A DNA stretch of 61,458 bases, from assembly GCA_016190205.1 (NCBI GenBank), contig JACPQZ010000013.1, positions 1 to 61,458 on the forward strand, in the 5' to 3' direction. Shown here in pieces: positions 44,837-54,898 of the stretch. Each line of letters starts with the position of its first letter. Within the stretch, counting starts at the first letter, position 1. Below the pieces are notes generated by a model. It did not search any database. It saw only the letters and a list, made by a program, of their open reading frames with translations, and was not told the origin of the DNA. Source of the stretch: Candidatus Omnitrophota bacterium (GTDB lineage Bacteria > Omnitrophota > JACPQZ01). The translations under genes and the position numbers were made by a program.

Positions 44837-47800
44837 CTATGGAGCCGCCTCTCCCATCACAAGCCCCTTAAAGTGAGATCGGGCATGACGCGTCATAAAG
44901 CCCGCCTGACCTTGAGTGTGCGTAAGGCCCGCGCGGGGCATGAGAATCGTCCGCCGGCCGTCGACAGAGAGCTCCAGGGCCTCCTCGCCCACATCCAAGC
45001 GAACGGGATAAGGCGTGTCCTTCTCAAGCGGGAAGGCGGCAGACTTCACCTCCGAAAGCGTGCCATTATAAACTTGACCGATGACAACCTGACTTCTCCC
45101 GCAATAGAGTCCGGCAAAGCTAAAGTGGGCCGGATCCTGATAGCCGAAAACGACGAAGGCGTTGTGCCATGCCCTTTCGGTTTCGAGGCAGGTTAAATCA
45201 CTCTTAAGGGAAAAGTTTCCGGATGGATGTAGAGACCGGTTGACTAAAATCGCCCGCTGAACGAACAGATCGGACTGCTGAAAACCTCCGCCTGTGACGA
45301 GCCACTTCCCGGACACGACTGACCAATCGTCCAGTCCCCCGCCGGCACCCTGAGAGACTTCGATAGAGATCTCGTCCTGCGCTTCCAGGCGTCCGTCCAT
45401 GGCCTTTGCGCGGACTAAATAGACTCCCACATCGGAGGGGTCGCTCGGCCTCAACGAAATTTCCATTCCGCGGCCCACCACACTTCGCGACGTGACCGCC
45501 GCAAAAGACGGCTGCTGTATCTGAAAACCCTCCCGGCTCCAAACGAGCTCGCAAGTGACCGGATCGTACTCCGGATCAATGGCCAATAAACGCACAGTCT
45601 TCCCCGACCCGACCGTTAGAGCAACCGGCCCGACCGGCATGGGCGCGAGAGGGACTTCATGCCGCGAGAAGAGCTCCAAGACCCATTGGGAGTCCAGCGC
45701 GTTGACCTCACCGTTCGCGTCAAAATCGGCGCGGCGCGCGGCCTCCGTTTGAGAAAGCCGTCCCCTGTATCCACCGCCCACCCAATTGGCTATAAGCTGT
45801 GCATCGGAGTTGTCCAACCTCCCGTCGTCGTTGAGATCGCCGCGCGAATTGACGAAGACCGGCGCCCGGTTTACTTTTCCCGGCTCCTCGGTGCGGTCCG
45901 GATAAGCATTGGTCCTGCGGTAATTTTGCCTCTCGGTAGGCCAGGGCGCTCCCGGCGCGCCGGGGCCGATAGCCCACGGCGAGGTGAAGATATGGATCCA
46001 GCCATCTTTGCTGGTCGGAAACCCGTCGTAGGCCGTAATCCATTCTTCACTCGTCACAACGAGCTCCAAATACCCGTCTTGATTTAAGTCGGCGATCGTA
46101 AGACCAGGGTTAAAAGCGCCGTGGCCATCTGGAATGCGGATGGGAAACCCGCGGACCATCTGCCCGTCTTTATGATAGGCGTAGATATCAGATCCCTTAT
46201 AAATGAAGATGACCTCCAGTTCGCCGTCTCCGTCCAAGTCGGAAAAGACGGGACAGAAGTAACTCATCGCCGGCTGGGGCCAGCCCTCGAGCACATGGCC
46301 TACAGCGTCAAGCAGGTACGCCATCCTGTCTTTGTCATTAACAATGAAGAGCTCCTTTTTGCCATCCCCCTCAATATCCCCGACCAGCGGTTGTTGCCAG
46401 TACGCAAATGGACTCGAGAGTAAAATACTTCCTGCCCCCTCGCGCTGTGGACTAAAAGTAGGGATCACAAACGGCCAGTTATCGCCTTGAGCTGCTCCCT
46501 CTGCATCAAACAGGTCTACATAACCCTTTAGTTTCAACGAATCGTTCGCTTCCAAAAAGCCGCGTGAGAGGACGACGACATCCCCGCGCCCGTCGAGATC
46601 GATATCCGATACCGTGAAACCCCTCGGCAAGCGTTCCGGGCTGTCCGGGTAAATCCGGTGCATGGCCTGGATACTTCCATCATGATTGTAGGAATAGATA
46701 TACTTGGGCTCCGGGGCCGATCCGGGCTCCTCGTGTTCGCCGATCGTCACGACCTCGAGTTCCCGATCCCCATCCCTATTCGCAATCACCGGAAGCATGC
46801 GTTCGTGCTCGTAATTGCGCGGGTCTTCCGTAACGGTCCGCCACAAGAGCGGCATCGTCAAAGGGTCCGACCCCCAGACATGCACTTCCGGACGTAACGT
46901 GCCGCTGTAGGGATGTGCCATAATGCCGGCCCATTCCGACTCTCCGTCGAGGTTGAGGTCAGCCACAGAAAGCGTATCGCTCACGTCTCCTAGCAGAGCC
47001 CCTCCCCCGATGCCCCGTGCGAGCACCTCCCCTCGCGTATTGAGAACATAGGCCCGTCTATCTTGGCGTCTATCGTCATAGTAGCCGTTTCTTACCACAA
47101 CCACGATCTCCTGCGTACCGTCCCCATTCATATCCAAGATGATGGGGGCGGCATTTATGTTGAATTCGGTGCCGGCGGCCTCCGGATGAGGCTCGAACGG
47201 CCAGCTTCCCGCAAGCGGCGTGCCGTCGTCATGAAACGCATGGAGCTGGGCTGTAAACCAATAAAAGGGATACGTGGGGGGCTGGGTCTGATCGCGCTCA
47301 CGGCTTCCACCCACGATGATTTCCAGGTCTCCGTCGCGATCCAGGTCCGCCAAGGTGGAAGATCTTACAGGCCCCGGGGTATGAATCGCCTGCCGATATA
47401 CGGGAAGCGTGTTTTTGAGGAGGAAGGGCGCTGATAACCCTGACGCCCCAAACTCAATTCTAAAGCGCAAGTCGCTTAAGAGGGGGGTCCCCGCGTTCAT
47501 CAAAATCACAAAAGGATCGGCCTCGTTGTGATACTCCGGGTCGAGGAGGATGCCCCCGCCCTGGCCTGAAGCGAGCGGGCGGTCCCTTCGGCTGAACCGA
47601 GACCCTTCATCGACGACCGTGCATAACCCGTCTTCCGACACGAGACGAGCCGCTGTGTCCTGAAGCACGCTCGTGGCGAAAAGGTTTAGCCGAAGCTCAA
47701 CCTCCTCACCCGGTTCGATGCTTTGATTGGTTTGAAGATCTGTTTCTTGATACGTGACCTCCTTCACGAACAAAAGCGTAGAGCCCATGCGCTCGTGCAC

Positions 47801-49711
47801 GGCACGATACGCATCGACTACGCCCCGTCCCAATTGGAAGGCATGGAGACGGTCCGCGTCACTCACGGGCCGGGCCGTACTCAAGAGCTGCTGTATCGCC
47901 GCAATGTGATCGCGCTTAAGCTCCGGGTATTTGGACAGTACCAGCGCAAATACACCCGAGACATGGGGGCAGGCCATGGACGTCCCTCGAACACGGTAGT
48001 AATCTTGGGCAACATATTGTCGCGCTTCATCAGGGCCCCAACTTCCGGCCATGTCACTGCCTTGCGAGCGGAGGGAAAGGATATTGTTGTGGGGCCGCCT
48101 CACCACTTCGACCAGATCTTTGCTGTCCCCGCCGGGGGCCAGCACCTTAAGCTGGGTACCGAAATTCGAAAAGTCGCTCTTGGTTCCCAAGTGGGTTACG
48201 GACCCCACCGACACCACTTCCTGCATGTTGATGGGGGCATATCGCTTGACGTCTTCCGAACTATTGCCGGCAGAAAAGACCACGATCTTTTTCTTTTGGT
48301 GATAGGCATAGACGATCGCCTCTTCAAGAAGCAGATCTCTGTAGTTTTCCCGGGTCGGCCCCCAGCTATTGCTCAAAATGTGGGCCGGGCCATTGGCCGC
48401 ATAATAAATGGCCCGCACCACCACGGCGGTCGTCGCGAGGGGAAAAATCTTAATGGGCATCACCTTGGCAAAAGGGGCAACCCCGGCTATCCCTATGGTA
48501 TTATCCGCCTCCGCCGCAATGGTGCCGGCCACGTGGGTGCCGTGACCGATGCGCTGGAGCTCATAAGGATCGCGGTCCGGATATACACCGTTCGCCCCAT
48601 CACCACTAAAATCCCAACCCAGGATGTCGTCGCGGAAACCATTGCGGTCTTCGTCGAAACGGTTTAGAAACTTTGGATTCATCATAACGTCCTTGAGATT
48701 AAGGCTTCCATTGCCATCGAGGTCGCCCGTAAAATCCATTGCCTCCCGAGGGGTCACGACTCCATCCGCGTCGGCATCGAGTCCTGCCGGAAACCGGCCT
48801 TCCTCAACCATCAGCTCACGCTGATTGAGCCAAACGCTGTTTTCGATGTCCGGATGGTTGTAGTCAAGCCCCGTATCGAGCACGGCTACGATAACCCCCT
48901 CCCCGGGCTTCGTTTCCCCTTCGTCGAAACGCCCGTTCGCATTGGTATCAAACTCATTCCATGCCTCGATCGCACGGATCATGGCAAGCCCCCAGAGATC
49001 CGGATAATTCTGACCCCAAGACCCCTGACGGTAGGTGCCGGGGTTTGCCTCATCTCCCAGAAAGGCATCGTTCGGAATGTAGTTCTCGCGGGGGAGCGGC
49101 CAGGCATTTGTCTCATACTGATAATTGGGCTGTGCGTATTCAATAAGCGGGTCTTTCGAGAGCTCCTCACAGATGGCTTCAATCCCTTTGCCCATGCCAG
49201 CCTTTACCTTCATGAGCCAGACATCCTGAAAACGGGTCGGGCGTGCCCGCCCCGCGCTGGCGCGGTCACCCTCTTCGGGAATTAAGGGCCGCGCGCTTGA
49301 AAAGTCTATTCGTCGTTCCAGCGCCCGCGCGCCGCGGACACCCAGCGCCTTGGAAGCGGAGGTCACCCGGCCTTGGACATTGAGGCTTTGGGCGAGCGCC
49401 TGGGATAGATCTTTTCCCGCCCCACTGCCCTTGAACTTGACGATCACCTCGTCCGACCGCCAGGCCCGCGCACGCGCCCCCTTTTTAGAATCAGCAGGCC
49501 CCTCGGAAACAGCCCTGTCCAGCGGACCCTGTGTCGTCACCCCTTCTTCCATCTGCACCTTGAGCGCTGTTCCGTCGACCACGATTTCCTCAACTGGGTC
49601 CTTTTGAGATGGCTCTGAAAATGCGGCGGAATGCTCTGCCAGCATTAGGGTTCCCACAAAAATAATAAATGCGGCCGTTCGCCATACTATCTCTCTACGA
49701 TCGGTCTCCAT
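44837..49711 (-). CDS. Secreted S8 subtilase with FG-GAP/VCBS repeats, dockerin-like, Ig/cadherin-like and ConA-like domains
   Basis: Catalytic D (VAVLDTG), H (GHGTHVAG), oxyanion N (FSAGN), S (GTSMACPHV); ADLDRDGDLE-type repeats; GDLNDDGRL..ADFDANGEV; start reset to ATG 49711. Confidence 0.9.
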   Translation of the reverse strand: METDRREIVWRTAAFIIFVGTLMLAEHSAAFSEPSQKDPVEEIVVDGTALKVQMEEGVTTQGPLDRAVSEGPADSKKGARARAWRSDEVIVKFKGSGAGKDLSQALAQSLNVQGRVTSASKALGVRGARALERRIDFSSARPLIPEEGDRASAGRARPTRFQDVWLMKVKAGMGKGIEAICEELSKDPLIEYAQPNYQYETNAWPLPRENYIPNDAFLGDEANPGTYRQGSWGQNYPDLWGLAMIRAIEAWNEFDTNANGRFDEGETKPGEGVIVAVLDTGLDYNHPDIENSVWLNQRELMVEEGRFPAGLDADADGVVTPREAMDFTGDLDGNGSLNLKDVMMNPKFLNRFDEDRNGFRDDILGWDFSGDGANGVYPDRDPYELQRIGHGTHVAGTIAAEADNTIGIAGVAPFAKVMPIKIFPLATTAVVVRAIYYAANGPAHILSNSWGPTRENYRDLLLEEAIVYAYHQKKKIVVFSAGNSSEDVKRYAPINMQEVVSVGSVTHLGTKSDFSNFGTQLKVLAPGGDSKDLVEVVRRPHNNILSLRSQGSDMAGSWGPDEARQYVAQDYYRVRGTSMACPHVSGVFALVLSKYPELKRDHIAAIQQLLSTARPVSDADRLHAFQLGRGVVDAYRAVHERMGSTLLFVKEVTYQETDLQTNQSIEPGEEVELRLNLFATSVLQDTAARLVSEDGLCTVVDEGSRFSRRDRPLASGQGGGILLDPEYHNEADPFVILMNAGTPLLSDLRFRIEFGASGLSAPFLLKNTLPVYRQAIHTPGPVRSSTLADLDRDGDLEIIVGGSRERDQTQPPTYPFYWFTAQLHAFHDDGTPLAGSWPFEPHPEAAGTEFNINAAPIILDMNGDGTQEIVVVVRNGYYDDRRQDRRAYVLNTRGEVLARGIGGGALLGDVSDTLSVADLNLDGESEWAGIMAHPYSGTLRPEVHVWGSDPLTMPLLWRTVTEDPRNYEHERMLPVIANRDGDRELEVVTIGEHEEPGSAPEPKYIYSYNHDGSIQAMHRIYPDSPERLPRGFTVSDIDLDGRGDVVVLSRGFLEANDSLKLKGYVDLFDAEGAAQGDNWPFVIPTFSPQREGAGSILLSSPFAYWQQPLVGDIEGDGKKELFIVNDKDRMAYLLDAVGHVLEGWPQPAMSYFCPVFSDLDGDGELEVIFIYKGSDIYAYHKDGQMVRGFPIRIPDGHGAFNPGLTIADLNQDGYLELVVTSEEWITAYDGFPTSKDGWIHIFTSPWAIGPGAPGAPWPTERQNYRRTNAYPDRTEEPGKVNRAPVFVNSRGDLNDDGRLDNSDAQLIANWVGGGYRGRLSQTEAARRADFDANGEVNALDSQWVLELFSRHEVPLAPMPVGPVALTVGSGKTVRLLAIDPEYDPVTCELVWSREGFQIQQPSFAAVTSRSVVGRGMEISLRPSDPSDVGVYLVRAKAMDGRLEAQDEISIEVSQGAGGGLDDWSVVSGKWLVTGGGFQQSDLFVQRAILVNRSLHPSGNFSLKSDLTCLETERAWHNAFVVFGYQDPAHFSFAGLYCGRSQVVIGQVYNGTLSEVKSAAFPLEKDTPYPVRLDVGEEALELSVDGRRTILMPRAGLTHTQGQAGFMTRHARSHFKGLVMGEAAP

Positions 49712-49831
49712 GGCGGCTCCCCCCTCTTCATCCGCGCCAAAAAAACAATGCACTGTACCATTAAATTAACAGCCCAGGGGTTTTTTTATTCCCTTGGCGG
49801 GTAATGAGATCGGTGTAAATTTGTAAAAAGT

Positions 49832-49873
49832 AAAAAAGCACACAGGAGCCAGCCTTAGGCTGGCTCCTGTGTG
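49832..49873 (-). terminator. Intrinsic terminator after the G8 gene
   Basis: 16-bp perfect stem cacacaggagccagcc/ggctggctcctgtgtg followed by a T run on the minus strand. Confidence 0.9.
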
Positions 49874-49894
49874 AACATGCTTCATAGGGGGTTA

Positions 49895-52800
49895 TTAAGG
49901 CAGGATGCGCTGCGCCCTGGAGGTTACCGCGATCTCCGCGGTCCCGCTGGCTTTGTTACCCGCCTGATCCTCAAACTCCAGCACAACAGGGATGCGGCCG
50001 CCGTCGGGAGTTACGGGGAGATCCACGGTTGCGCCGGCGAACAGGCCCACGGTCACGTGCGCCACTTGGTCGGTGAAACTGAAGGTGAGCGCCATCCGGC
50101 GCGGTAAATCCAGGGGATGGACCTCAAGCCTGGGCGGGGCGTACACTTTTGTAAACGCCGGGGGTGTGCGGTCCCCATAAACGAGAACCGTCCTTTGCAC
50201 GCCGGCAACCCTCACGGGAATAAAGTTCCAGCCCTCTTTAAGCGTTACGGCCGTTCCGCGTACGGTTCCACCGCTCTCCACATCCGTCACCACCGGCACG
50301 TAGCCTGAATAATCGTTGGTCGTCCAGGGGCTGTTCAGCACGATGGGAGTGAGGATCGTCTCGGTGTCCGGACCCACGAGGCCCGCAACCCCTTCTACAC
50401 GCCTTGCCTCCGGCGGGGCTACGGTTCCGGCAACTGCCAGGTGGTACTCCCTCCAAAGCCTGTCGCCAGTCTTTCCGTCAAGCTCGGGGATGCCAGTGCC
50501 AGTAAAGAGTATGTGACTGCCGCTCTGTTCCAGATAGTACAAGCGCTCACCATCCAACCAGATATAATCCGAAGAGATCCCTTCTTCTTCCATCATCATA
50601 GGATCCTTACTCTGCATCATCATCATCATCTTTTCCGTTTTCTGCATAAACAAGGCCCCCAGCATGCCGGTACCCAGAGCGTTGGCGCTAACCTGCATGG
50701 CAATATTTTCATGCTTTTCCCCGGCCCACGCGGGAGCGCCCGGATCCAGCGTCCCAAACGTGAGGCGCTCCATCTGAAAATCGCGGGGGGCCACACTGTT
50801 CGTAAAGGCGACGTTGACCACGTTGTTAAAGTAGCAATCGCGCATCTCGTTGTGGCCCTTACCCGGTGCCGCAAGACCCGTCCCCCATCCAATCACCACG
50901 AGGTCTTCATAGAGCATGTGTTCCGTCGCGCCATTACCCTGAATGGCATATTGGACTGGATACGTCCGGTCACCCAGCACCTTGGACTGACGATAGGTGA
51001 TCGACCTGGAATAGGCCGCGATGAGCCCCCTTTCCTTGACACCCCATAGAACCGAATTTTCAACCACGCTGTTGACCGAGTGAGGTACATTGAGCAGGTG
51101 GTTTCCAACCAGGAAACCGCTTTTTGACGCCCCGCCCTTGTTGCCGGAAGCATGAAACGGGACATGCATGGGGACCAGGGCGGGCTTCCCACCATGAATA
51201 TTGAGCGCCTTGAGGTCCTCACGCAGGTTAGCCGAGTCAAACCGAACATCATGGCCGTTTTCCCGATTTGGAAAGGTATAAACAGAAAAGCAGGTCCCGG
51301 AATGTCCGAAAGAATAATTGTCCAGAAGCTCGATGCCGGGGCTCTGCAGCCAAAAGCCGTGGCCCGCAAAGCCGAAATCGAACTGGGCGTCGCGCGTGGG
51401 CTCAATCGCCTGTTTCTGGGAGCGCACGGCCAGGTTATTGCGCCAGGTGCCGATCTCGCTTCCGTTTTCCGCGAAGAAGCCCGAGCCATTGCAGCGGTAG
51501 GAGACATTCCCCTCCGCCACGAGATGCGCCCCGTGGTGCACCAGCCCGTGCTTGGGGCTTCCCACAATCGCACTATTGCGCACGATCTGGGGAGGATTGT
51601 CGATGCTTGCTCCCGTCCGCCCGTGAAAGTGCAGGGCGTAGCGTCCGATCGTATTTGCGTCCGTCAGGGGCATGACATTCCCGTGGTCATCAAGAACGGG
51701 TGAGGTGTGCACGATATCGGCATTCGTGCGTCCCAGCCCATAGAAGCCCGCCCCATCCACCACCACCCCTGAGTGGACGTGCATCACCATGAAGTGACCG
51801 CGCCGCGAAATGTCCCTGCGAACATCTGCACCGTAAAGATCGCTTCCGATCACCTCGGACATGAATTGGACGTTACGCGTGAGATTCCCCACGGGGATCT
51901 CAACATCCTCCCGCGTGACGCGTTCGTATTCATAGTAAGGCGTTCCGGAAGAGTCGCGCGCCACGTGGTCAAATTGGAGAGCTCTCGCCAGGCGGGCCGT
52001 GCGCCCATCCGGCGAGATTTCCGCAACCGTGATGACCTCATCTTCGTTCACATCGATTTTTGTCCCGGCAAAAAGGAGGGCGTCCCCCGCCTTCCAACCC
52101 GCGGGCGGGCCGTCAAAGGTAATAACCGAAAGCCCCCTGACCAAATCCTCCCTGGGAACGGCATGGGCCTGAACTAAAGCGCCATAGATAGAAGTCTTTG
52201 CGGTATGAGAAATAAATCCGCCGCTAAGGTCTAAGGGGTCGTACAGCTTGTTTCGTTCGCCCCGGTCTGCGATCACGATCTTGGCTGTTTTGCCTGCGCT
52301 GATCCTGTCTAAAGCCGTTCCCATCTCGAAAGTTCCCGTGTGACCGATGACGACCGTGACCGCCTTGAGGGCCGTATCCTTAGAAGGATCAAAACGGAGC
52401 GTCCCGTCCACGCGAATCCATTCCAAGGCTTGTCCGGAAAAATCCCCATCCACCGTGACCGTTGCCCCCTCTTCGATCATGATGCGATCCCCTGCGAGGG
52501 TGTCCATATTAGACCAAAGGGCGTCGCCTGCCACGCGCAAGGTGGCGCCAGCGTCCCGGACGAGATTAAACGCCGCCAGATGCTCTTCGCGTTTGACCGG
52601 ATCGTCCATGTGCGCGCCGTGGTCATGATCGTGGTCCATTGGATAGGGATCCCTTTGAGCCGAACAAGAGGTGCACGGCCCCCCCGGCCTTGTCACGCGC
52701 GTAACTTTATGAAGATGATTCGGATCTTCGTCATCATGAAGGAGTTCAATGTTAAAACCTTCAAAACGCGAGCGGGCATACCAAGCGTTAAGACCGATCT

Positions 52801-53329
52801 TTCCTTTAGTACTCGTGAGAGAGGATGCCGGGATGCGGATCTTTTCTTGGGCATCAATGGAAAGGATGGCCTCATCCCCTTCATTCCGAAAGGATACAAG
52901 GTACGGGACCGCCGCCTGAAGAGGGTAAAACGCCAGCCCCCGGTCCGTCGTGCGCCCATTGATCACTTCCCCTATGGCAACACGGCGCCGGCCGCAGTAA
53001 ATACCGGCGTAACTGAAATTCTTTGGATCTTGATATCCAAAAACCAGGAAGGCGTTGCGCCAGGCTTTTTCGGTCTCAAAACAGGTCAGCACGGCTTCCA
53101 GCTTAAAGGGACCGTTCAAATCACCTAAGTCGCTAAGCAAAAGGGCCCTGCCTCTATAGGGTGCGTCAAGCTCAACGCCGGTCGGGATAGCGCGCCAGGA
53201 GCCCGAGACCTCAATCCACTGGGCTGAACCCGGTTCGTTCACACCAGCTACTGCGCCCGAAACGGTTAGAGACAAAAATATGAACGAAACAATCAGTGCG
53301 ATTTGAGATTTCATCTTCATTCTCCTCAA
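49895..53329 (-). CDS. Secreted G8-domain / beta-helix protein (TMEM2/CEMIP-like) with N-terminal ConA-like domain
   Basis: Signal peptide; IEEGATVTVD..WIRVDGTLRF..VVIGHTGTFEMGT G8 pattern; LTRNVQF, GRYALHFH, SGFFAENGSEIG. Confidence 0.82.
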   Translation of the reverse strand: MRRMKMKSQIALIVSFIFLSLTVSGAVAGVNEPGSAQWIEVSGSWRAIPTGVELDAPYRGRALLLSDLGDLNGPFKLEAVLTCFETEKAWRNAFLVFGYQDPKNFSYAGIYCGRRRVAIGEVINGRTTDRGLAFYPLQAAVPYLVSFRNEGDEAILSIDAQEKIRIPASSLTSTKGKIGLNAWYARSRFEGFNIELLHDDEDPNHLHKVTRVTRPGGPCTSCSAQRDPYPMDHDHDHGAHMDDPVKREEHLAAFNLVRDAGATLRVAGDALWSNMDTLAGDRIMIEEGATVTVDGDFSGQALEWIRVDGTLRFDPSKDTALKAVTVVIGHTGTFEMGTALDRISAGKTAKIVIADRGERNKLYDPLDLSGGFISHTAKTSIYGALVQAHAVPREDLVRGLSVITFDGPPAGWKAGDALLFAGTKIDVNEDEVITVAEISPDGRTARLARALQFDHVARDSSGTPYYEYERVTREDVEIPVGNLTRNVQFMSEVIGSDLYGADVRRDISRRGHFMVMHVHSGVVVDGAGFYGLGRTNADIVHTSPVLDDHGNVMPLTDANTIGRYALHFHGRTGASIDNPPQIVRNSAIVGSPKHGLVHHGAHLVAEGNVSYRCNGSGFFAENGSEIGTWRNNLAVRSQKQAIEPTRDAQFDFGFAGHGFWLQSPGIELLDNYSFGHSGTCFSVYTFPNRENGHDVRFDSANLREDLKALNIHGGKPALVPMHVPFHASGNKGGASKSGFLVGNHLLNVPHSVNSVVENSVLWGVKERGLIAAYSRSITYRQSKVLGDRTYPVQYAIQGNGATEHMLYEDLVVIGWGTGLAAPGKGHNEMRDCYFNNVVNVAFTNSVAPRDFQMERLTFGTLDPGAPAWAGEKHENIAMQVSANALGTGMLGALFMQKTEKMMMMMQSKDPMMMEEEGISSDYIWLDGERLYYLEQSGSHILFTGTGIPELDGKTGDRLWREYHLAVAGTVAPPEARRVEGVAGLVGPDTETILTPIVLNSPWTTNDYSGYVPVVTDVESGGTVRGTAVTLKEGWNFIPVRVAGVQRTVLVYGDRTPPAFTKVYAPPRLEVHPLDLPRRMALTFSFTDQVAHVTVGLFAGATVDLPVTPDGGRIPVVLEFEDQAGNKASGTAEIAVTSRAQRILP

Positions 53330-53530
53330 GTTCGGGCATGATACATGATCTACGTCACCTACCGAACTCTCCAGTTAATGAAAACACTCCAATCGACCTC
53401 TTATTCCGCACTTTATAAAAAAACATAACTTTTGCGCGAAAAGAGCTTGCATTTTGTACATTTGCAAAGGTGCACTATGGGGTCGAATGAAAAGGGGGTG
53501 GACACGACCGCGTGTCCGGCCGAACGAGGG

Positions 53531-54895
53531 TTAAGCTACGACCACCGTTTTGACGTTGACAAACTCCCGAATGCCAAAGCGGGATAATTCCCGGCCGTAA
53601 CCGGATGCCTTGACGCCCCCGAAGGGAAGCCGTGGATCGGATTTAACAAACGTATTCACAAATACACAACCAGCCTCCAGCCTTAAGGCCAGCTTCTCTC
53701 CCCGCTCCACGTCCCGCGTGAAGACAGCGGCACCCAATCCGAAAGGGGTGTCGTTGGCCAGGCGCACCATCTCGTCTTCGGTCTCTGCCGTAAAAAGTGC
53801 GGCGACAGGCCCAAAGAACTCTTCCCGGTAAGCAGGCATTCCCGGCGAGATATTCTTAAGTACCGTTGGCGGGTAATAAAATCCGGGGCCCTTGGGAAGC
53901 TGGGCGCCGAGAACAACCTGGGCGCCCAGCGCAACACTTTCTTTAACCTGCCCGTCGAGATGATCCCGCAGATCTTGTCGCGCCAGAGGTCCCAGGGTCA
54001 CTCCCCGGTCCATGGGATCACCCATGGTCTGCGCGGCCATTTTTCTTACGACGAGCTCTTCGAATATCCTGGCCACCCCTTCGTGTGCAATGAACCGCTT
54101 GGCCGCAATACAGCTCTGACCATTGTTGATGAGTCTTGAAGCGACACAGCTTTCGGCGGCGCGCTCAAGATCGGCGTCTTCCAATATCAGGCAGGGATCG
54201 CTCCCGCCCAGCTCCAGGACGGTTTTTTTAAGCGCCTCTCCCGCGCGGGAGGCGACGACGCGGCCTGAGCGCGTGCTCCCCGTAAGCGTAACCCCCCGAA
54301 TGCCCGGATGCTTCATCAGAGAATCAGTCAGATCCTCCGAGACGAGGAGAGCCCGCACGAGGCCTTTGGGTCCATCCATCCCCTGAAAAATCGACTCTAT
54401 CGCCAGGGCACAGCCCGTCACATTGGGGGCGTGCTTGAGGAGTACGGTATTTCCCGCCATGAGGGCAGGGGCCGCGAAACGGAAGAACTGCCAAAAGGGA
54501 AAATTCCAGGGCATGATGGCGAGGATCACCCCCAAGGGCTCATAGCGGATATAAGACTTCCTCGTCTCGGTGGCAACCCACTCGTCCCGCAGGCCCTCTT
54601 CCGCCTGCCCGGCAAAATACTCACACGCCCAGGCGCACTTGTCGATCTCGGCCTCGGCCTCGCGGATGGGCTTTCCCATCTCCAGAACCATGAGCGCCGC
54701 AAAATCAGCCCGCCTTAACCGGAGCGACGACGCCGCCTGAATCAGGACTTCCTGCCGCAAGGAGAAAGGGGTATCACGCCACCCAATAAAACCCGCTTGC
54801 ACCGCCTCCACGACCCCCGCGGCTTCATCCGGCGTCATCTCTAAATAGCTTTTCAGGACGAGCCCCGTGGCGGGATTGACGGAGGTGAGACTCAT
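53531..54895 (-). CDS. NAD(P)-dependent succinate-semialdehyde dehydrogenase family aldehyde dehydrogenase
   Basis: IMPWNFPFWQ, LKHA, FTGS-like TLTGS, ELGGSDP, GQSCIAAKR, EEFFGP. Confidence 0.92.
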   Translation of the reverse strand: MSLTSVNPATGLVLKSYLEMTPDEAAGVVEAVQAGFIGWRDTPFSLRQEVLIQAASSLRLRRADFAALMVLEMGKPIREAEAEIDKCAWACEYFAGQAEEGLRDEWVATETRKSYIRYEPLGVILAIMPWNFPFWQFFRFAAPALMAGNTVLLKHAPNVTGCALAIESIFQGMDGPKGLVRALLVSEDLTDSLMKHPGIRGVTLTGSTRSGRVVASRAGEALKKTVLELGGSDPCLILEDADLERAAESCVASRLINNGQSCIAAKRFIAHEGVARIFEELVVRKMAAQTMGDPMDRGVTLGPLARQDLRDHLDGQVKESVALGAQVVLGAQLPKGPGFYYPPTVLKNISPGMPAYREEFFGPVAALFTAETEDEMVRLANDTPFGLGAAVFTRDVERGEKLALRLEAGCVFVNTFVKSDPRLPFGGVKASGYGRELSRFGIREFVNVKTVVVA

Positions 54896-54898
54896 GAC

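Noticed and set aside
47723-53128. Plus-strand ORFs up to 314 aa opposite the subtilase and G8 genes
   Set aside because: Shadow ORFs with no recognisable domain
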